From Alphaproteobacteria bacterium (GTDB lineage: Bacteria > Pseudomonadota > Alphaproteobacteria > GCA-2731375): a stretch of 64,000 nucleotides of DNA. Both the position numbers and the translations under genes were made by a program. The stretch lies in assembly GCA_965225945.1 (NCBI GenBank), contig CBDDBZ010000037.1, positions 224,001 to 288,000 on the forward strand. Reading direction: 5' to 3'. The notes under the pieces are model-generated. The model was not told the DNA's origin, made no database searches, and saw nothing but the letters and a program-made list of their open reading frames with translations. Each line of letters opens with the position of its first letter. Within the stretch, counting starts at the first letter, position 1. This document shows positions 1-11,162 of the stretch, in pieces.

Positions 1-833
1 CGTCGGAGGCGATCAGGAGAGGATCGCCCAGGCCTCGGCTGCGCATGTCCTGGAAGAACGCGGAGACGGTCTCGTTGTCCTCCTTCGAGCCCGCCATCAG
101 ATGCAGGAGAACCTTCTTGCCCTCGAGCGTGAAGCCCCAGGCCGCCAGCACCGGCTCTCGCCTCTGCCCGGCCCGCAGCCGCTCGGCGATGCCGTCGACG
201 AAGAGGTAGGCGATCTCGAACTCGCTAAGGTCGCGCTTGGCGAAGCCGAGGTAGTCCGCCCAGAGCCGCTCCCCCATCTCCGAGACCGCCGTGCGCGACA
301 GCAGCAAGCGCCCACTTTCTTCCCTGAAGGCATCTTCGATGTCGCGCACCGAGAGACCGCGCGCCAGCATCTCCACGGCTAAATCCTCCAGGCCCTCGGA
401 ATGACCCTTCAGCTGCGCTCGCAGATCCGAACGGAACGGTTCGTCCGTCCCGGCGACCTGCGGCGCCGCATACCTGATCCGCCCCTCGGCCGTCTTCAGA
501 TGACCTTCGCGCGAACCGTTCCGGTAACCTCGGCCAGGCTCGGAACCGTGCTCGTAATAGTCCCGGCCCAGGGCGTCGCGCACCTCGGCCTCCAAGCCTT
601 CCTCGATGATCAACCGCGTCGCCAACCGCACCAATTCACTCTTCGCGTCGACCACGCGGGCGCGCCCTTCGATCAGGTCGTTCAAGGCTTCACGCGTGCG
701 CTCGCTTCCGGGTAGTCTCTTCGTCATGGAGGTGCCTCCTGTGCTGGGCTGGCGCGCAGCCATGCCCGGGTGGGAATCGACACCTCGAAGGATGCACCTC
801 CTACCAAATTCCCAGCAAGTCTAGGACTTCACC
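1..833 (-). mobile_element. IS256-family element, copy 1 (runs off the window start; transposase ATG at 727)
   Basis: Matches the complete copies at 35058-36473 and 52889-54304. Left IR GGTGAAGTCCTAGACTTGCTGGGAATTT (minus strand) ends at 833. Confidence 0.95.
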
Positions 834-3800
834 CCGATATCGATCTTGAGGAAGGTGCCAGAGTAACCGCGAACACCAGTGGGTCGGGTGCGGGCGGCTC
901 GGTCGCCATCGCCGCCGATGACTTTTCGGCGAACGACGGTACGGTCCAGGCGATTTCATTGGCAAGCGGCGACGCGGGCGCCGTCTCGGTCATGGTCGCG
1001 GATCTGTTGAGCCTTGACGGCGGTTCCATCGTGTCGTCGACCCTCGGTGGTGGTGCCGGCGGCACCATCGATGTGGATGCGGCGCGAATTGTGATGGTTA
1101 ACGGCGGATCGATCAGCGCCGTTACCAGCGGCAGCGGTGCCGGTGGCAATATCGCCCTGACCGCCACGGACTTTATCACCCTGTCCGGTGGCTCCATTGT
1201 GAACGTGGCCTCATTCCAGCCCGGGAGCGGTGACGCTGGCTCGGTTACGGTCGATGTCACTGGCGACCTTTCCATCCTCACGGGATCGCGCATCGACTCG
1301 GGGACGAATTCTTCCGGCAACGCCGGGTCGATCACGGTCACAGCCGCCAACGTCCTGGTCAATGGTGCCGACTCGGTCGATCCGACCAGCCGGATCACAT
1401 CGGATTCCTTCGGCGCCGGCAGCGCGGGCGCGATTACGGTCACCGCGAGCAGGTCCGTCATCGTGCGAAATGGGGCCGGTATTCAGGCCAATACCTTTGT
1501 TGACGGACCGGCGACCGGGGGCCAGGTGACCATCGTGGCGCCGGATATCAAGCTGCAGGCAAGCGGCAATATCTCGGCGGGAACAGGATCCGCGGGCATT
1601 GGCGGGGATGTCGTGATTTCGACCGAACGCCTCGATGTCGACGACAATTCGCGTGTCGCCAGTCAGACAACCAGGTCCGGCGCGGCCGGCAGCGTCACCG
1701 TCGATGCAACCGAGTCCATCTTCGTGCGCAACGGCTCGATAATTCAGGCGCGGGCCACCACCGGTTCGACGGGCACCGCGGGTACGGTGACGTTGCGGAC
1801 CTCGGACCTGAGGGTCGGCCCCGAATCCACCGTCCGATCGAGCACCGATGGGGCCGGCGATGCGGGATCGGTCGTCGTCGAAGCAGACCGAATCACCGTG
1901 ATCAACGCGACAATTCGCAGCAATACTACCGCCGGCGGCGACGGAGGTTCGGTATCGATTACCGCGAGCGAAAGTCTGACGGGCCAAGTCGGCAGTATTC
2001 GATCGAGCGCCGACGGCACGTCGGCGACGGGCAACGCCGGCTCGGTCACCGTCGTTTCGCCGATCATCGACATGGTCGAATTCGCCATCCGGAGCAACGC
2101 GGACGGCGGTGGCGACGCCGGCTCGGTGGTGGTGATCGCGAGCGAGCGGATCACCGGCACGTTGGTCGGATTTCGCTCGAACGTCGATGGCGCGGGGGCG
2201 AACGGCAATGCCGGCACCGTCTTCGTGATGTCGCCTCTCATCGATCTCACCCGTGCCGGGATCCGCTCGAATGCCGACGGCACCGGCACGGGCGGCACTG
2301 TCACCGTCGAAGCGGATGAGCTGATCCTGACGGACAGCGCCATCCGCACCAATACCGGCGTCGCCGGCGACGCGGGCACCGTGATCGTAAACGTGAGCGG
2401 ACCGATCACGTTGACCGGCTCGACCACCATCAATTCATCGACCGGCGGCAGCGGCAATGCTGGGAGCGTTACGGTTTCGGCGGCCGGTGTCTTGACCCTT
2501 ACCAACAGCTCGATCAATTCCACGACCGCCGGCACCGGTGCCGGCGGATCGGTGGCCGTGAGCGCGCCCACCATCGCCATGTCGGGCGAAAGTCTGATCA
2601 GCGCCTCGACGGCCGGCGGCGGTAGGGGCGGCAACGTCGTGATTTCCGGCGGCACGCTGACCCTCGTCGAGGACGCCGAGATCCTCAGCGACGCCAATGC
2701 CGGCGGTGCCGGGGGCTCGGTTGTAATCCGCGTCGGCACCTTGAGCCTGTTCGGCGATGCCGAGATCGCCAGCGACGTGGATGAAGGCGCCGCCGGACAG
2801 GGTGGCTCCGTGACCATAACGGCGGATCGGATCAGCCTTTCCGGTGATTCCGAAATCTCGAGCGAGACCGGCGGCGCTGGCGCCGGCGGCAGCGTCGCCA
2901 TTACCGCTTCCGAGAGTATCCGGATCTTCGATCAGTCGGAAATTCTGACGACGGCCGAGGCCGACGGCAACGCGGGCGGGTTGGTCCTGAGCACCGGGAC
3001 ATTGGAGCTGAACGGCGGTGCGATCTCGGCCTCCACCACCGGCTCCGGGGATGCCGGCAACATCACCACGACGAGCAGCGGTACGACCAGCTTGCGTTCC
3101 GGCAGCACCATCACGGCTTCAACGACGGCGGCGGGCGCCGGCGGCTCCATATCCATTACCGCCGCCGGCCTGACTCTCGGCCAAGGCACCGAGATAGCGG
3201 CGACGAGTTCCGGTTCAGGTGCCGGCGGAGAGATCACCATCGATAGCGGCGATACCTATTTCAGCGAAGGCGGTTCAATCACCACCAGCACGACGCAGTC
3301 GGACGGCGGCAATATCACGCTGGCGGCCGTGCTATTGATCCATCTCATCGACAGCTCGATCACCACCAGCGTGAGCGGCGGACTTGGCGGCAGTGGCAAC
3401 ATCACCATCGATCCGAACTTCGTGATTTTGGACAACAGTAGAATAGAGGCCAACGCCTTCGGCGGCCCGGGCGGCAACATCTCGATCACGGCCGGCCAAT
3501 TGATCCGGAGCGCGGATAGTATCATTCAGGCGTCGTCACAGCTCGGTGTCACCGGAAACGTCCTGGTCAGCGCGCCGGAGAGTGACATCAGTGCCGGCTT
3601 GACCACCTTGACGGCCGCTTTCCTGGACGCCGCCAATCGGCTCGCCGAGCGCTGTGCGGCGCGCGGCGGCCGGGTCTCGGGCAGTCTTTCGACCGCCGGG
3701 CGGGGCGGCATGCCGCTCGGCCCCGAGGGGGCGCGAACGGCGGGTTACGTCATAGCCAAGGGCGCGACGACAGCCGCGAACGATAATGACGGCGGTGTTG

Positions 3801-3874
3801 GTAGGTCCGCGCAGGCGTCCGCGGGAGGTGTACGAATGATCCCGGCGACGCTGCGACTTCGGTGCTCGGCTTAG
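834..3874 (+). pseudogene. C-terminal part of a filamentous haemagglutinin-like (TpsA) beta-helical exoprotein, interrupted by IS256
   Basis: About 1000 aa of G/S/T/A-rich GNAGSITVTA-type repeats ending in a C-x-A...GRGG tail. The ORF 770..3874 starts inside the IS end. A TpsB-like gene follows. Confidence 0.85.
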
Positions 3875-4063
3875 ATTGGGGCGCCTCGGGGGGAGGGTCG
3901 CGTAATTGTAGCTTTACCTAAATCGTACGCGTCGATTATTGCGTTGTCATACATCACCTTCGGCTTGGCGGCGGCCTGGAGCGAATCCGCCGTCGCCCAG
4001 GTGCCGTCCTCGACGCGCGATCAGATCGAGCGGCCAGGCGATCTTCGTCGGGACCAAATACCG

Positions 4064-4203
4064 AAACCGGAACTCCCGGATGCCGCTCCGGAATTTCGCT
4101 TGCCGCCGATACCGGCGCCGGCCAAGCCCCAACAAACCGGAACTCCCGGATGCCGCTCCGGAATTTCGCTTGCCGCCGATACCGGCGCCGGCCAAGCCCC
4201 AAC
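4064..4203 (+). repeat. Exact 70-bp tandem duplication
   Basis: AAACCGGAACTCCCGGATG...GCCAAGCCCCAAC occurs at 4064-4133 and 4134-4203. Confidence 0.95.
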
Positions 4204-4291
4204 CCCTATCGTCGACAGGCATTATTGAGTCGGACCCGATTTCCTTGGACACAGAATTGGCTTAATCGAAGTGTCCAAGGAGGACCGGAAC

Positions 4292-4702
4292 ATGACCGAC
4301 AATTTTGAGAACAAAGTTGCTGTTGATGGGCCTGTGGTAAACGAGGGCGAGCTTGGCTCGTCCACGTTTTCCCCGGGCCAGGTTTCGCCGGCAGGCCCGC
4401 TGGGACTTGGCCAGCGGTGGACGGTGACGCGCAAGCGTGAGGTTGCCCTGCGGCTTTTGCGTGGCGAGCCGGTGGAACTTTTGTCGCGGCAGTTGGGCGT
4501 GGAGATTTTCCGGCTCGAGCAGTGGCGTGAGAAGGCGATCGCCGGGATCGATGCCTCGCTCAAGGAACGCAAGGGCGATCCGGTAAAGGCGGAACTGGAC
4601 ATCGCCATGAAGCGGATCGGGGAGTTGATCATGCAGGTGGAACTGCTGGAGGCCAAGACGGAGACGTCCGGCCCTTTGGGGCGGCGGAGGTCGCGGCGAT
4701 GA
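4292..4702 (+). CDS. IS OrfA (HTH DNA-binding subunit)
   Basis: RWTVTRKREVALRLLRGE HTH-like segment; AGGAGG RBS upstream; ATGA overlap with OrfB. Confidence 0.8.
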   Translation: MTDNFENKVAVDGPVVNEGELGSSTFSPGQVSPAGPLGLGQRWTVTRKREVALRLLRGEPVELLSRQLGVEIFRLEQWREKAIAGIDASLKERKGDPVKAELDIAMKRIGELIMQVELLEAKTETSGPLGRRRSRR

Positions 4703-5610
4703 GTGCCGCCACCTCTCCCGGCACGGGTTTGGCCTACGGCCTCCAGCGGGTCTGTGCGGCCTGGGGTTTTGCCCGTTCCTCGTTCTACGCCATGAAATCC
4801 CGGCAGCAGGCCACCGCTGAGCGCCCACCAGCAAAGCGCCGGGGACCGAAGCCCTCGATCTCGGACGAGGCTCTGCTGGTGGCCATCGAGGCCGACCTGG
4901 AGGCATCCCCCTGGGAGGGCGAGGGACACCGCAAGGTCTGGGCTCGGCTTCGGGTCTGTCGTGGCATCCGTGTTTCCCGCAAGCGGGTGCTCCGGGTGAT
5001 GCGCGAGAACAACCTGCTCTCGCCCCATCGCTGCCGCCGCCGTGGCGGAAATCCCCATGTCGGTGAGATCATCACCCATGCCCCCAACCTCATGTGGGGC
5101 ACGGACGGCGTTCGGGTGTTCACGGTGGACGACGGCTGGGGCTGGATATTCACCGCCATCGAGCATTGGAACGCCGAGTGCGTCGGCTGGCATGTGTGCA
5201 AGCGAGGCGACCGCTTCGCCGCCCTTCAGCCGATCTCCATGGGGCTTGCGAGGCTGTATGCCTCGACCTCCGCCGGTGCGGCGCGGGGGCTGGCCTTGCG
5301 GATGGATCACGGCTCCCAGTATCTGTCGGACCACTTCACCAACCAGATCAAGTTCTGGGGCATCCAGCCGTCCTACGCCTTCGTCGAACAGCCCCAGACC
5401 AACGGCGTCGCCGAGAGGTTCAATCGCACGCTCAAGGAACAGATCATCCATGGCCGCATCTACCGCAACATCGCGGAGCTGCGGAACGCCGTCCGCGGGT
5501 TCGTCGAACAGTACAATGCCCAGTGGATCGTGGAGAAGAACGGCTACCTGAGCCCCGCTCAAGCTCGTCAGGCGTGGCACACCGCGATGTCACTCAGGCC
5601 CGCCGCATGA
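4699..5610 (+). CDS. IS OrfB, integrase-core (rve) DDE transposase
   Basis: WGTDG, RMDHGSQY and PQTNGVAERFNRTLKE motifs. Confidence 0.9.
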   Translation: MSAATSPGTGLAYGLQRVCAAWGFARSSFYAMKSRQQATAERPPAKRRGPKPSISDEALLVAIEADLEASPWEGEGHRKVWARLRVCRGIRVSRKRVLRVMRENNLLSPHRCRRRGGNPHVGEIITHAPNLMWGTDGVRVFTVDDGWGWIFTAIEHWNAECVGWHVCKRGDRFAALQPISMGLARLYASTSAGAARGLALRMDHGSQYLSDHFTNQIKFWGIQPSYAFVEQPQTNGVAERFNRTLKEQIIHGRIYRNIAELRNAVRGFVEQYNAQWIVEKNGYLSPAQARQAWHTAMSLRPAA

Positions 5611-6318
5611 GACAAACTTGTGTCCAAGGAACCGGGTGCGATACACCGACAGGCATTATCCTGTTCGTCGAGCGCATTGCAATTTCGGGCAATACGGCTG
5701 TTAGGGATGAAGAGCTGGCGGCGATTGCAGCTCCCTATGAGGGCCGAAAGATCGATTCGAGTGAGCTGGAAGCGTTGCGCCGTGCTTTGACACGGCATTA
5801 CGTGGATAAGGGTTACGTCAATTCAGGCGCGATCATTCCCGACCAAGAGGTCAAGGATGGGGTCGTTCGCCTGGAGATCGTCGAAGGCGAACTCACCAAC
5901 ATCGTCGTCAGTGGCTTGGGCCGTCTACGTGATGAGTATGTCTTGGGACGCGTCGAGCTTGGCGCCGGTCCGCCGCTCAACGTCAACGAGCTTCAAGGCC
6001 GCTTGCAGATCCTGCTGCAAGACCCACTCATAGAACGCCTGAATGCCCGCCTCGGTCCGGGCGTCAGACCGGGTCAAAGAGAACTCGAGCTGGAGGTGGA
6101 ACGGGCGCGGCCCTGGGATTTCGGGTTGGCGGTCGGCAACAACCGATCGCCGAGCGTCGGTGCCATCCACGGCGGGGTCTTTGGCACCGCGCGTAACCTT
6201 ACCTGTGGAACGGCGTGCAAAGTTGACCCCTGTTGAGGGGTGATCGGCGTCCAAATTTGACCCCCTGAGCCTGGCTAGTCCAAGTCACCTCGTTTTTGGG
6301 CGGACGAGGTGGTGGGGG

Positions 6319-7830
6319 ATGTTGGTCGTGGAGACGATAGCGCGGATCCGGCGGGAGTATTTCGTCAAGGGGAAGCCGATCAAGGAGATCGTGCGGGACG
6401 TGAAGGTCTCGGGCAACACGGTGCGCAAGGTGATCTGTTCGCAGGCGACGGCGTTCACCTACGACCGGCGGGTCCAGCCGATGCCGAAGCTGGGGCCGTG
6501 GACGGCCGAGCTGGAGCGGATGCTGGAGGCCAACGAGACCAAGTCGAAGCGGGAGCGGCTGACGCTGCTACGGATCTCCGAAGCCCTCGAGGGTCTGGGC
6601 TATGGCGGCGGCTACGACGCGGTGCGGCGCTACGCCAAGGCGTGGCGGTGGCGCCGTTCGGCATCGACGGCGCAGACCTATGTGCCGTTGGTGTTCTCGC
6701 CGGGCGAGGCCTATCAGTTCGACTGGAGCCACGAGTACGTGGTGCTGGCGGGGGTGACGACCAAGGTCAAGGTCGCGCACGTCCGGCTGTGCCACAGCCG
6801 AATGTTCTTCGTCCGCGCTTATCCGCGCGAGAGCCAGGAGATGGTGTTCGACGCCCACGACCGGGCATTCCGGCTGTTCCAGGGTGCCTGCCGGCGAGGC
6901 ATCTACGACAACATGAAGACGGCGGTGCAGACCGTCCTCATCGGCAAGGAGCGCGCGTTCAACCGGCGCTTCGTGCAGATGTGTGGCCACTACCTGGTCG
7001 AACCGACAGCATGCACGCCGGGAGCGGGATGGGAGAAGGGGCAGGTCGAGAACCAGGTCGGGATCATCCGCGGTCGGTTCTTCACCCCGCGGCTGCGCTT
7101 CAAGACCTACGACGAGCTCAACGCCTGGCTCTTGGACCAGTGCGTCGCCTACGCCCGGCGTCATCCCCACCCGGTGTTCAAGGACAGGACTGTCTGGCAG
7201 GTGTTCGAGGACGAGCGTCCGTCCCTGGTCGGCTATCGCGGGCCGTTCGACGGCTTCCACGCGGTCCCGGCGTCGGTGTCGAAGACCTGCCTGGTGCGCT
7301 TCGACAGCAACAAGTACAGCGTGGCGGCGCGCGCCGTCGGCCGTCCGGTCGAGGTCCATGCCTACGCCGATCGCATCGTCATCCGCCAGGACGGCGAGAT
7401 CGTCGCCGAGCATGCCCGGCGCTTCGGCCGCGACCAGACCGTCTATGACCCGTGGCACTACGTGCCCGTGCTGGCGAGGAAGCCCGGTGCGCTTCGTAAC
7501 AGCGCGCCGTTCAAGGACTGGGCGCTGCCCGGCGCCCTGGGTCGCGTGCGCGTCCGGCTCGCCGGCCACGACGACGGCGACAGGCAGATGGTCGAGATCC
7601 TCACCGCCGTGCTGGCGGATGGGCTGGCGGCGGTGGAGGCCGCCTGTGCCGAGGCGCTCGCTGGCGGCGTGTGCAGCGCCGACGTCGTGCTCAACATCCT
7701 CAATCGTCGGCGCCAGCCGTCCGAGACGGCGCCGATCCCGACGCCCGCGAACCTGCGTCTTCGCTTTGAGCCGGTGGCCGATTGCACCCGCTACGACCGC
7801 TTGAGGGGGGTCGGCCATGGAGCGCCATGA
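6319..7830 (+). CDS. istA: IS21 transposase IstA
   Basis: [15 protein letters not shown] and WEKGQVE DDE motifs. Confidence 0.95.
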   Translation: MLVVETIARIRREYFVKGKPIKEIVRDVKVSGNTVRKVICSQATAFTYDRRVQPMPKLGPWTAELERMLEANETKSKRERLTLLRISEALEGLGYGGGYDAVRRYAKAWRWRRSASTAQTYVPLVFSPGEAYQFDWSHEYVVLAGVTTKVKVAHVRLCHSRMFFVRAYPRESQEMVFDAHDRAFRLFQGACRRGIYDNMKTAVQTVLIGKERAFNRRFVQMCGHYLVEPTACTPGAGWEKGQVENQVGIIRGRFFTPRLRFKTYDELNAWLLDQCVAYARRHPHPVFKDRTVWQVFEDERPSLVGYRGPFDGFHAVPASVSKTCLVRFDSNKYSVAARAVGRPVEVHAYADRIVIRQDGEIVAEHARRFGRDQTVYDPWHYVPVLARKPGALRNSAPFKDWALPGALGRVRVRLAGHDDGDRQMVEILTAVLADGLAAVEAACAEALAGGVCSADVVLNILNRRRQPSETAPIPTPANLRLRFEPVADCTRYDRLRGVGHGAP

Positions 7831-8545
7831 GGTCCTGGAGATGATGGCCGCACTCAAGCTCGCCGGCATGCGCGACGCGTTCGACGAGGTGCTCGCCGAC
7901 GGCCTCAAGCGCCAGCATCCGATGCAGCGAATCATCGGCGAGCTGTTGAAGGCCGAGATCGCCGACAAGCAGGCGCGATCCATCAAGTACCAGATGAGTG
8001 GCGCCAAGCTGCCGCTGGCCAAGGAGCTGGCCGACTTCGACTTCACCGACACCCCGGTCAACGAGCCGCTGGTCCGCGAGTTGGCGGTCGGCGGCTTCCT
8101 GGCCAACCAGCGCAACGCCGTGCTGATCGGCGGCACCGGCACCGGCAAGAGCCATCTCGCCGTCGCCATCGCGCGGGCCTGCATCCGCGATGGCGCCCGG
8201 GGCCGCTTCTTCAACGTCGTCGACCTGGTCAACCGGCTCGAGGCCGAAGCCCGCGCCGGCCGCCAGGGCCGGCTCGCCGATCAGCTGGCCCGGCGCGACC
8301 TCGTCATCCTCGACGAGCTCGGCTACCTGTCCTTCGCCCAAACCGGAGGCCAGCTGCTGTTCCACCTCGTCAGCCGGCTCTACGAGCGCACCTCGATCAT
8401 CGTCACCACCAACCTGACCTTCGGCGAATGGCCGTCCGTCTTCGGCGACGCCAAGATGACCACCGCGCTCCTCGATCGTCTGACGCACCACTGCGAGATC
8501 ATCGAGACCGGAAACGACTCCTGGCGCTTCAAGAATCGGTCCTAA
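7817..8545 (+). CDS. istB: IS21 helper ATPase IstB
   Basis: Walker A GGTGTGKS, Walker [10 protein letters not shown], and LLDRLTHH. Confidence 0.95.
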   Translation: MERHEVLEMMAALKLAGMRDAFDEVLADGLKRQHPMQRIIGELLKAEIADKQARSIKYQMSGAKLPLAKELADFDFTDTPVNEPLVRELAVGGFLANQRNAVLIGGTGTGKSHLAVAIARACIRDGARGRFFNVVDLVNRLEAEARAGRQGRLADQLARRDLVILDELGYLSFAQTGGQLLFHLVSRLYERTSIIVTTNLTFGEWPSVFGDAKMTTALLDRLTHHCEIIETGNDSWRFKNRS

Positions 8546-9173
8546 AGGCAACCGATCCACCTGCCGCCCGGTCGCCCAGGTGGGCCCACAGGAACCTCCC
8601 ACGCGCGGTCCGCCGCCAGCCGCGTGGTGGGCGCGTCGGCCCGCGCGCGGGCCCCTCCTATGGACTACCTGTACGACCTCCGCCGTGCATCCCCAAAGGG
8701 GTCAACATTGCACGCCGATAGGGGGTCAATGTTCAACGCCGATTGACACTTCACGAAATTCTGCCAGTTTCGTTCGACCTCAAATGTGACGGAAGGTCCC
8801 CCCCACCATGGGGGATGGGGGGTAGGGCGCGCGGTCGGCCGAGTTATTCGCCCGAAATCGTTCTCGATCGAGCGAGTAGTTCCTCGGATATACATCGATA
8901 CCAAGCTATATTACCGAGAGATATCCCCGATAATCGTTGAGTTAAAGTCTCGCATCATTGGTGAACGATGACGCTATTCGATGGCCATCGCCGAGGCGCG
9001 GGCTGTTATTCGACGGCATCATTGATGGTCGACGGCGCCAGCGGCACACGCATCTTCGCCGGGTGCCGGCGCGGTGGGGGCGCCAAGCAACGTGACGGGC
9101 CGCCATTGCCCTCTCTGTTGGTGACATTCGAAGTGAAGGGCTAAACGGTTTCGATCTAATCCTTTGAATTGAT

Positions 9174-9249
9174 TGGTGCGCCCGACAGGACTCGAACCTG
9201 TGACCCACTGATTAAAAGTCAGTTGCTCTACCACCTGAGCTACGGGCGC
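9174..9249 (-). tRNA. tRNA-Lys (anticodon TTT)
   Basis: 76-nt cloverleaf GCGCCCGTAGCTCAG...ACTGA CT TTT AA TCAGT...TTCGAGT...CGGGCGCACCA with encoded CCA. Confidence 0.97.
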
Positions 9250-9349
9250 GGCGGGCCGGACCATAGGCGCCGCGCCCGGGCCGGGTCAACCGGGCCAGAG
9301 CGGCCCGGGCGGCCCCGGCGCCCTCTCGCGAAAGCCACGGCCGCGGGCC

Positions 9350-11077
9350 TCATCCGGCGTCGGGCTCGGCTGAGGATGGCGGCGCGAGGAAGGCGAAGTC
9401 GCAGCCTCGGTCGGCCTGCAGCACCTGCTCGTGATAGAGCCGCGCGTAGCCCCGCGCCGGGCCGCGCGAGGGCGGCGGCGCCTCGGCTCGGCGCCGGGCG
9501 AGCTCGGCCTCGTCGAGCAGCAGGTCGAGCCGGCGCTCGGCCACGCTGAGTCGAATCGGATCGCCGTCGCGCACCAGCGCCAACGGGCCGCCCGAGGCGG
9601 CGTCCGGCGTCACGTGCAGGACGATGGTGCCGAAGGCGGTGCCGCTCATCCGCGCGTCCGATATCCGCACCATGTCCTTGATGCCGGCCTGGGCCAGTTT
9701 CTTGGGGATCGGCAAGTAGCCCGCTTCCGGCATCGCGGCGGGACTGCGCGGCCCGGCGTTCTGCAGCACCAGGAAATCCTCCGCGCGCACCTCCAGCGCG
9801 GGATCGTCGATCCGGGCCGCGAGGTCCTCGAGCGAATTGAAGACCACGGCGCGGCCCTCGCGCTCGAAGAGGGCGGGGTCGGCCGCGGAGCGTTTCAGGA
9901 TCGCGCCGCCGGGCGCCAGGTTGCCGAAGAGCGCGACCAGGCCGCCCACCGGCTCGAACGGTTCCTCGAGGGCGCGGATCACCTCGCGGTCGACCCAGCC
10001 GCCGGCATCGCGCGCCAGCCGTTCGCCCAGCGTCTCGCCCGCGACCGTGGGGCAGTCGAGATGCAGCATCGGTTGCAACTCGCGCAGCACCGCGCCGAGC
10101 CCGCCGGCGGCGAAGAAGTCCTCCATATAGTGGCTGCCGGACGGTTTGAGGTCGACCAGGACCGGGGTCTCGTCGGAGAGCCGGTTCATCCGCCGAAGCG
10201 AAATCTCGAGTCCCAAGCGCCCGGCGATCGCCGCCAGATGGACGATGGCGTTGCTCGAGCCGCCGAGCGCCAGCAGGACCCTGAGCGCGTTCTCGAGCGA
10301 GGCGCTCGTGATCAGTTCCGAGGGCCTGGGCCCGCCGTTCGCCAGCACCATCGCCCGCTTCCCCGTCGCCTCCGCCGCGCGCAGACGGTTCGCGTGGACC
10401 GCGGGTATCGCCGCCGTCCCCGGCAGCGCCATGCCCAGCGTCTCGGCTATGCAGGCCATGGTGCTGGCCGTCCCCATGACCGCGCAGGTCCCGGCGGTGG
10501 TCGCCAGCCCGCCCTCGATCCGGCGGATCTCGTCCCCGTCGATGCGACCGCCGCGATAGGCCGCCCAGAACCGCCGGCAGTCGGTGCAGGCGCCGAGACG
10601 CTGGCCCTCGTGGCGGTGCGTCAGCATCGGCCCGACCAGCAGCTGGATCGCCGGCAGGTCGGCCGAGGCGGCGCCCATCAGTTGCGCCGGCACCGTCTTG
10701 TCACAGCCGCCGATCAGCACCACCGCGTCCATCGGCTGGGCCCGGATCATCTCCTCCGTGTCCATCGACATCAGGTTGCGGAACATCAGGCTGGTCGGGT
10801 TCAGGAAGGTCTCGCCCAGCGAGATGGTGGGAAAGACCAGCGGCAGGCCGCCCGCCGCCAGCACGCCGCGCTTCACCGCCTCGATCAACTCAGGCACTTG
10901 GCGGTGGCAGTTGTTGAAGCCGCTGGCCGTATCGGTGATGGCGATCACCGGGCGGGACAGCATTTCGCGGCTATAGCCCATGGAGCTGGCGAAGGAACGG
11001 CGCAGATAGGCCGAGAAGTCGGAGTCGCCATAGTCGGTGAGGCCGCCCTCGAGGCCCTTGGGTCCGTCGCCCGTCAT
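9350..11077 (-). CDS. IlvD/Edd-family dehydratase (dihydroxy-acid or sugar-acid dehydratase)
   Basis: FNNCH, GGCDKT, GTCAVMGTASTM and ISDARMSGT motifs. Confidence 0.92.
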   Translation of the reverse strand: MTGDGPKGLEGGLTDYGDSDFSAYLRRSFASSMGYSREMLSRPVIAITDTASGFNNCHRQVPELIEAVKRGVLAAGGLPLVFPTISLGETFLNPTSLMFRNLMSMDTEEMIRAQPMDAVVLIGGCDKTVPAQLMGAASADLPAIQLLVGPMLTHRHEGQRLGACTDCRRFWAAYRGGRIDGDEIRRIEGGLATTAGTCAVMGTASTMACIAETLGMALPGTAAIPAVHANRLRAAEATGKRAMVLANGGPRPSELITSASLENALRVLLALGGSSNAIVHLAAIAGRLGLEISLRRMNRLSDETPVLVDLKPSGSHYMEDFFAAGGLGAVLRELQPMLHLDCPTVAGETLGERLARDAGGWVDREVIRALEEPFEPVGGLVALFGNLAPGGAILKRSAADPALFEREGRAVVFNSLEDLAARIDDPALEVRAEDFLVLQNAGPRSPAAMPEAGYLPIPKKLAQAGIKDMVRISDARMSGTAFGTIVLHVTPDAASGGPLALVRDGDPIRLSVAERRLDLLLDEAELARRRAEAPPPSRGPARGYARLYHEQVLQADRGCDFAFLAPPSSAEPDAG

Positions 11078-11162
11078 GCCGGCCTCTCCGAATTGGTTTG
11101 CCAAGTCCGCCTCGACTATATTCGCCGACGGCGAAATCACCAGAGCCCGGGGGGACACAGCG

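Larger units (their letters stand above)
4226..5645 (+). mobile_element. IS3/IS481-like two-ORF DDE insertion sequence
   Basis: TG...CA ends with imperfect IRs sharing TTCCTTGGACACA. Flanking direct repeat CGACAGGCATTAT at 4213-4225 and 5647-5659. Confidence 0.85.
3944..6203 (+). pseudogene. ShlB/FhaC/HecB-family (TpsB) outer-membrane transporter, disrupted three times
   Basis: Signal-peptide-like start and POTRA segment (VERIAISGNT...YVDKGYVNSGAIIPDQEVKDGVVRLEIVEG) at ~5660-6200. Broken by a 70-bp frameshifting duplication, an IS at 4226-5645, and truncation by IS21 at 6204. Confidence 0.85.
6204..8748 (+). mobile_element. IS21-family element
   Basis: TGT...ACA ends with repeated TTGACCCC/GGGGTCAA motifs; encodes istA and istB; no matching TSD. 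Confidence 0.92.

Noticed and set aside
770-833. IS256 outward frame MGIDTSKDAPPTKFPASLGLH fused in frame to tpsA and to the MacB remnant (62015-62659)
   Set aside because: GTG start without a clear RBS; it is not in frame at the IS110 insertion. Two in-frame cases out of three are compatible with chance.
8790-8860. C-run/G-run hairpin resembling a phage cos region
   Set aside because: No phage genes are present and the tract is too short to support a call.
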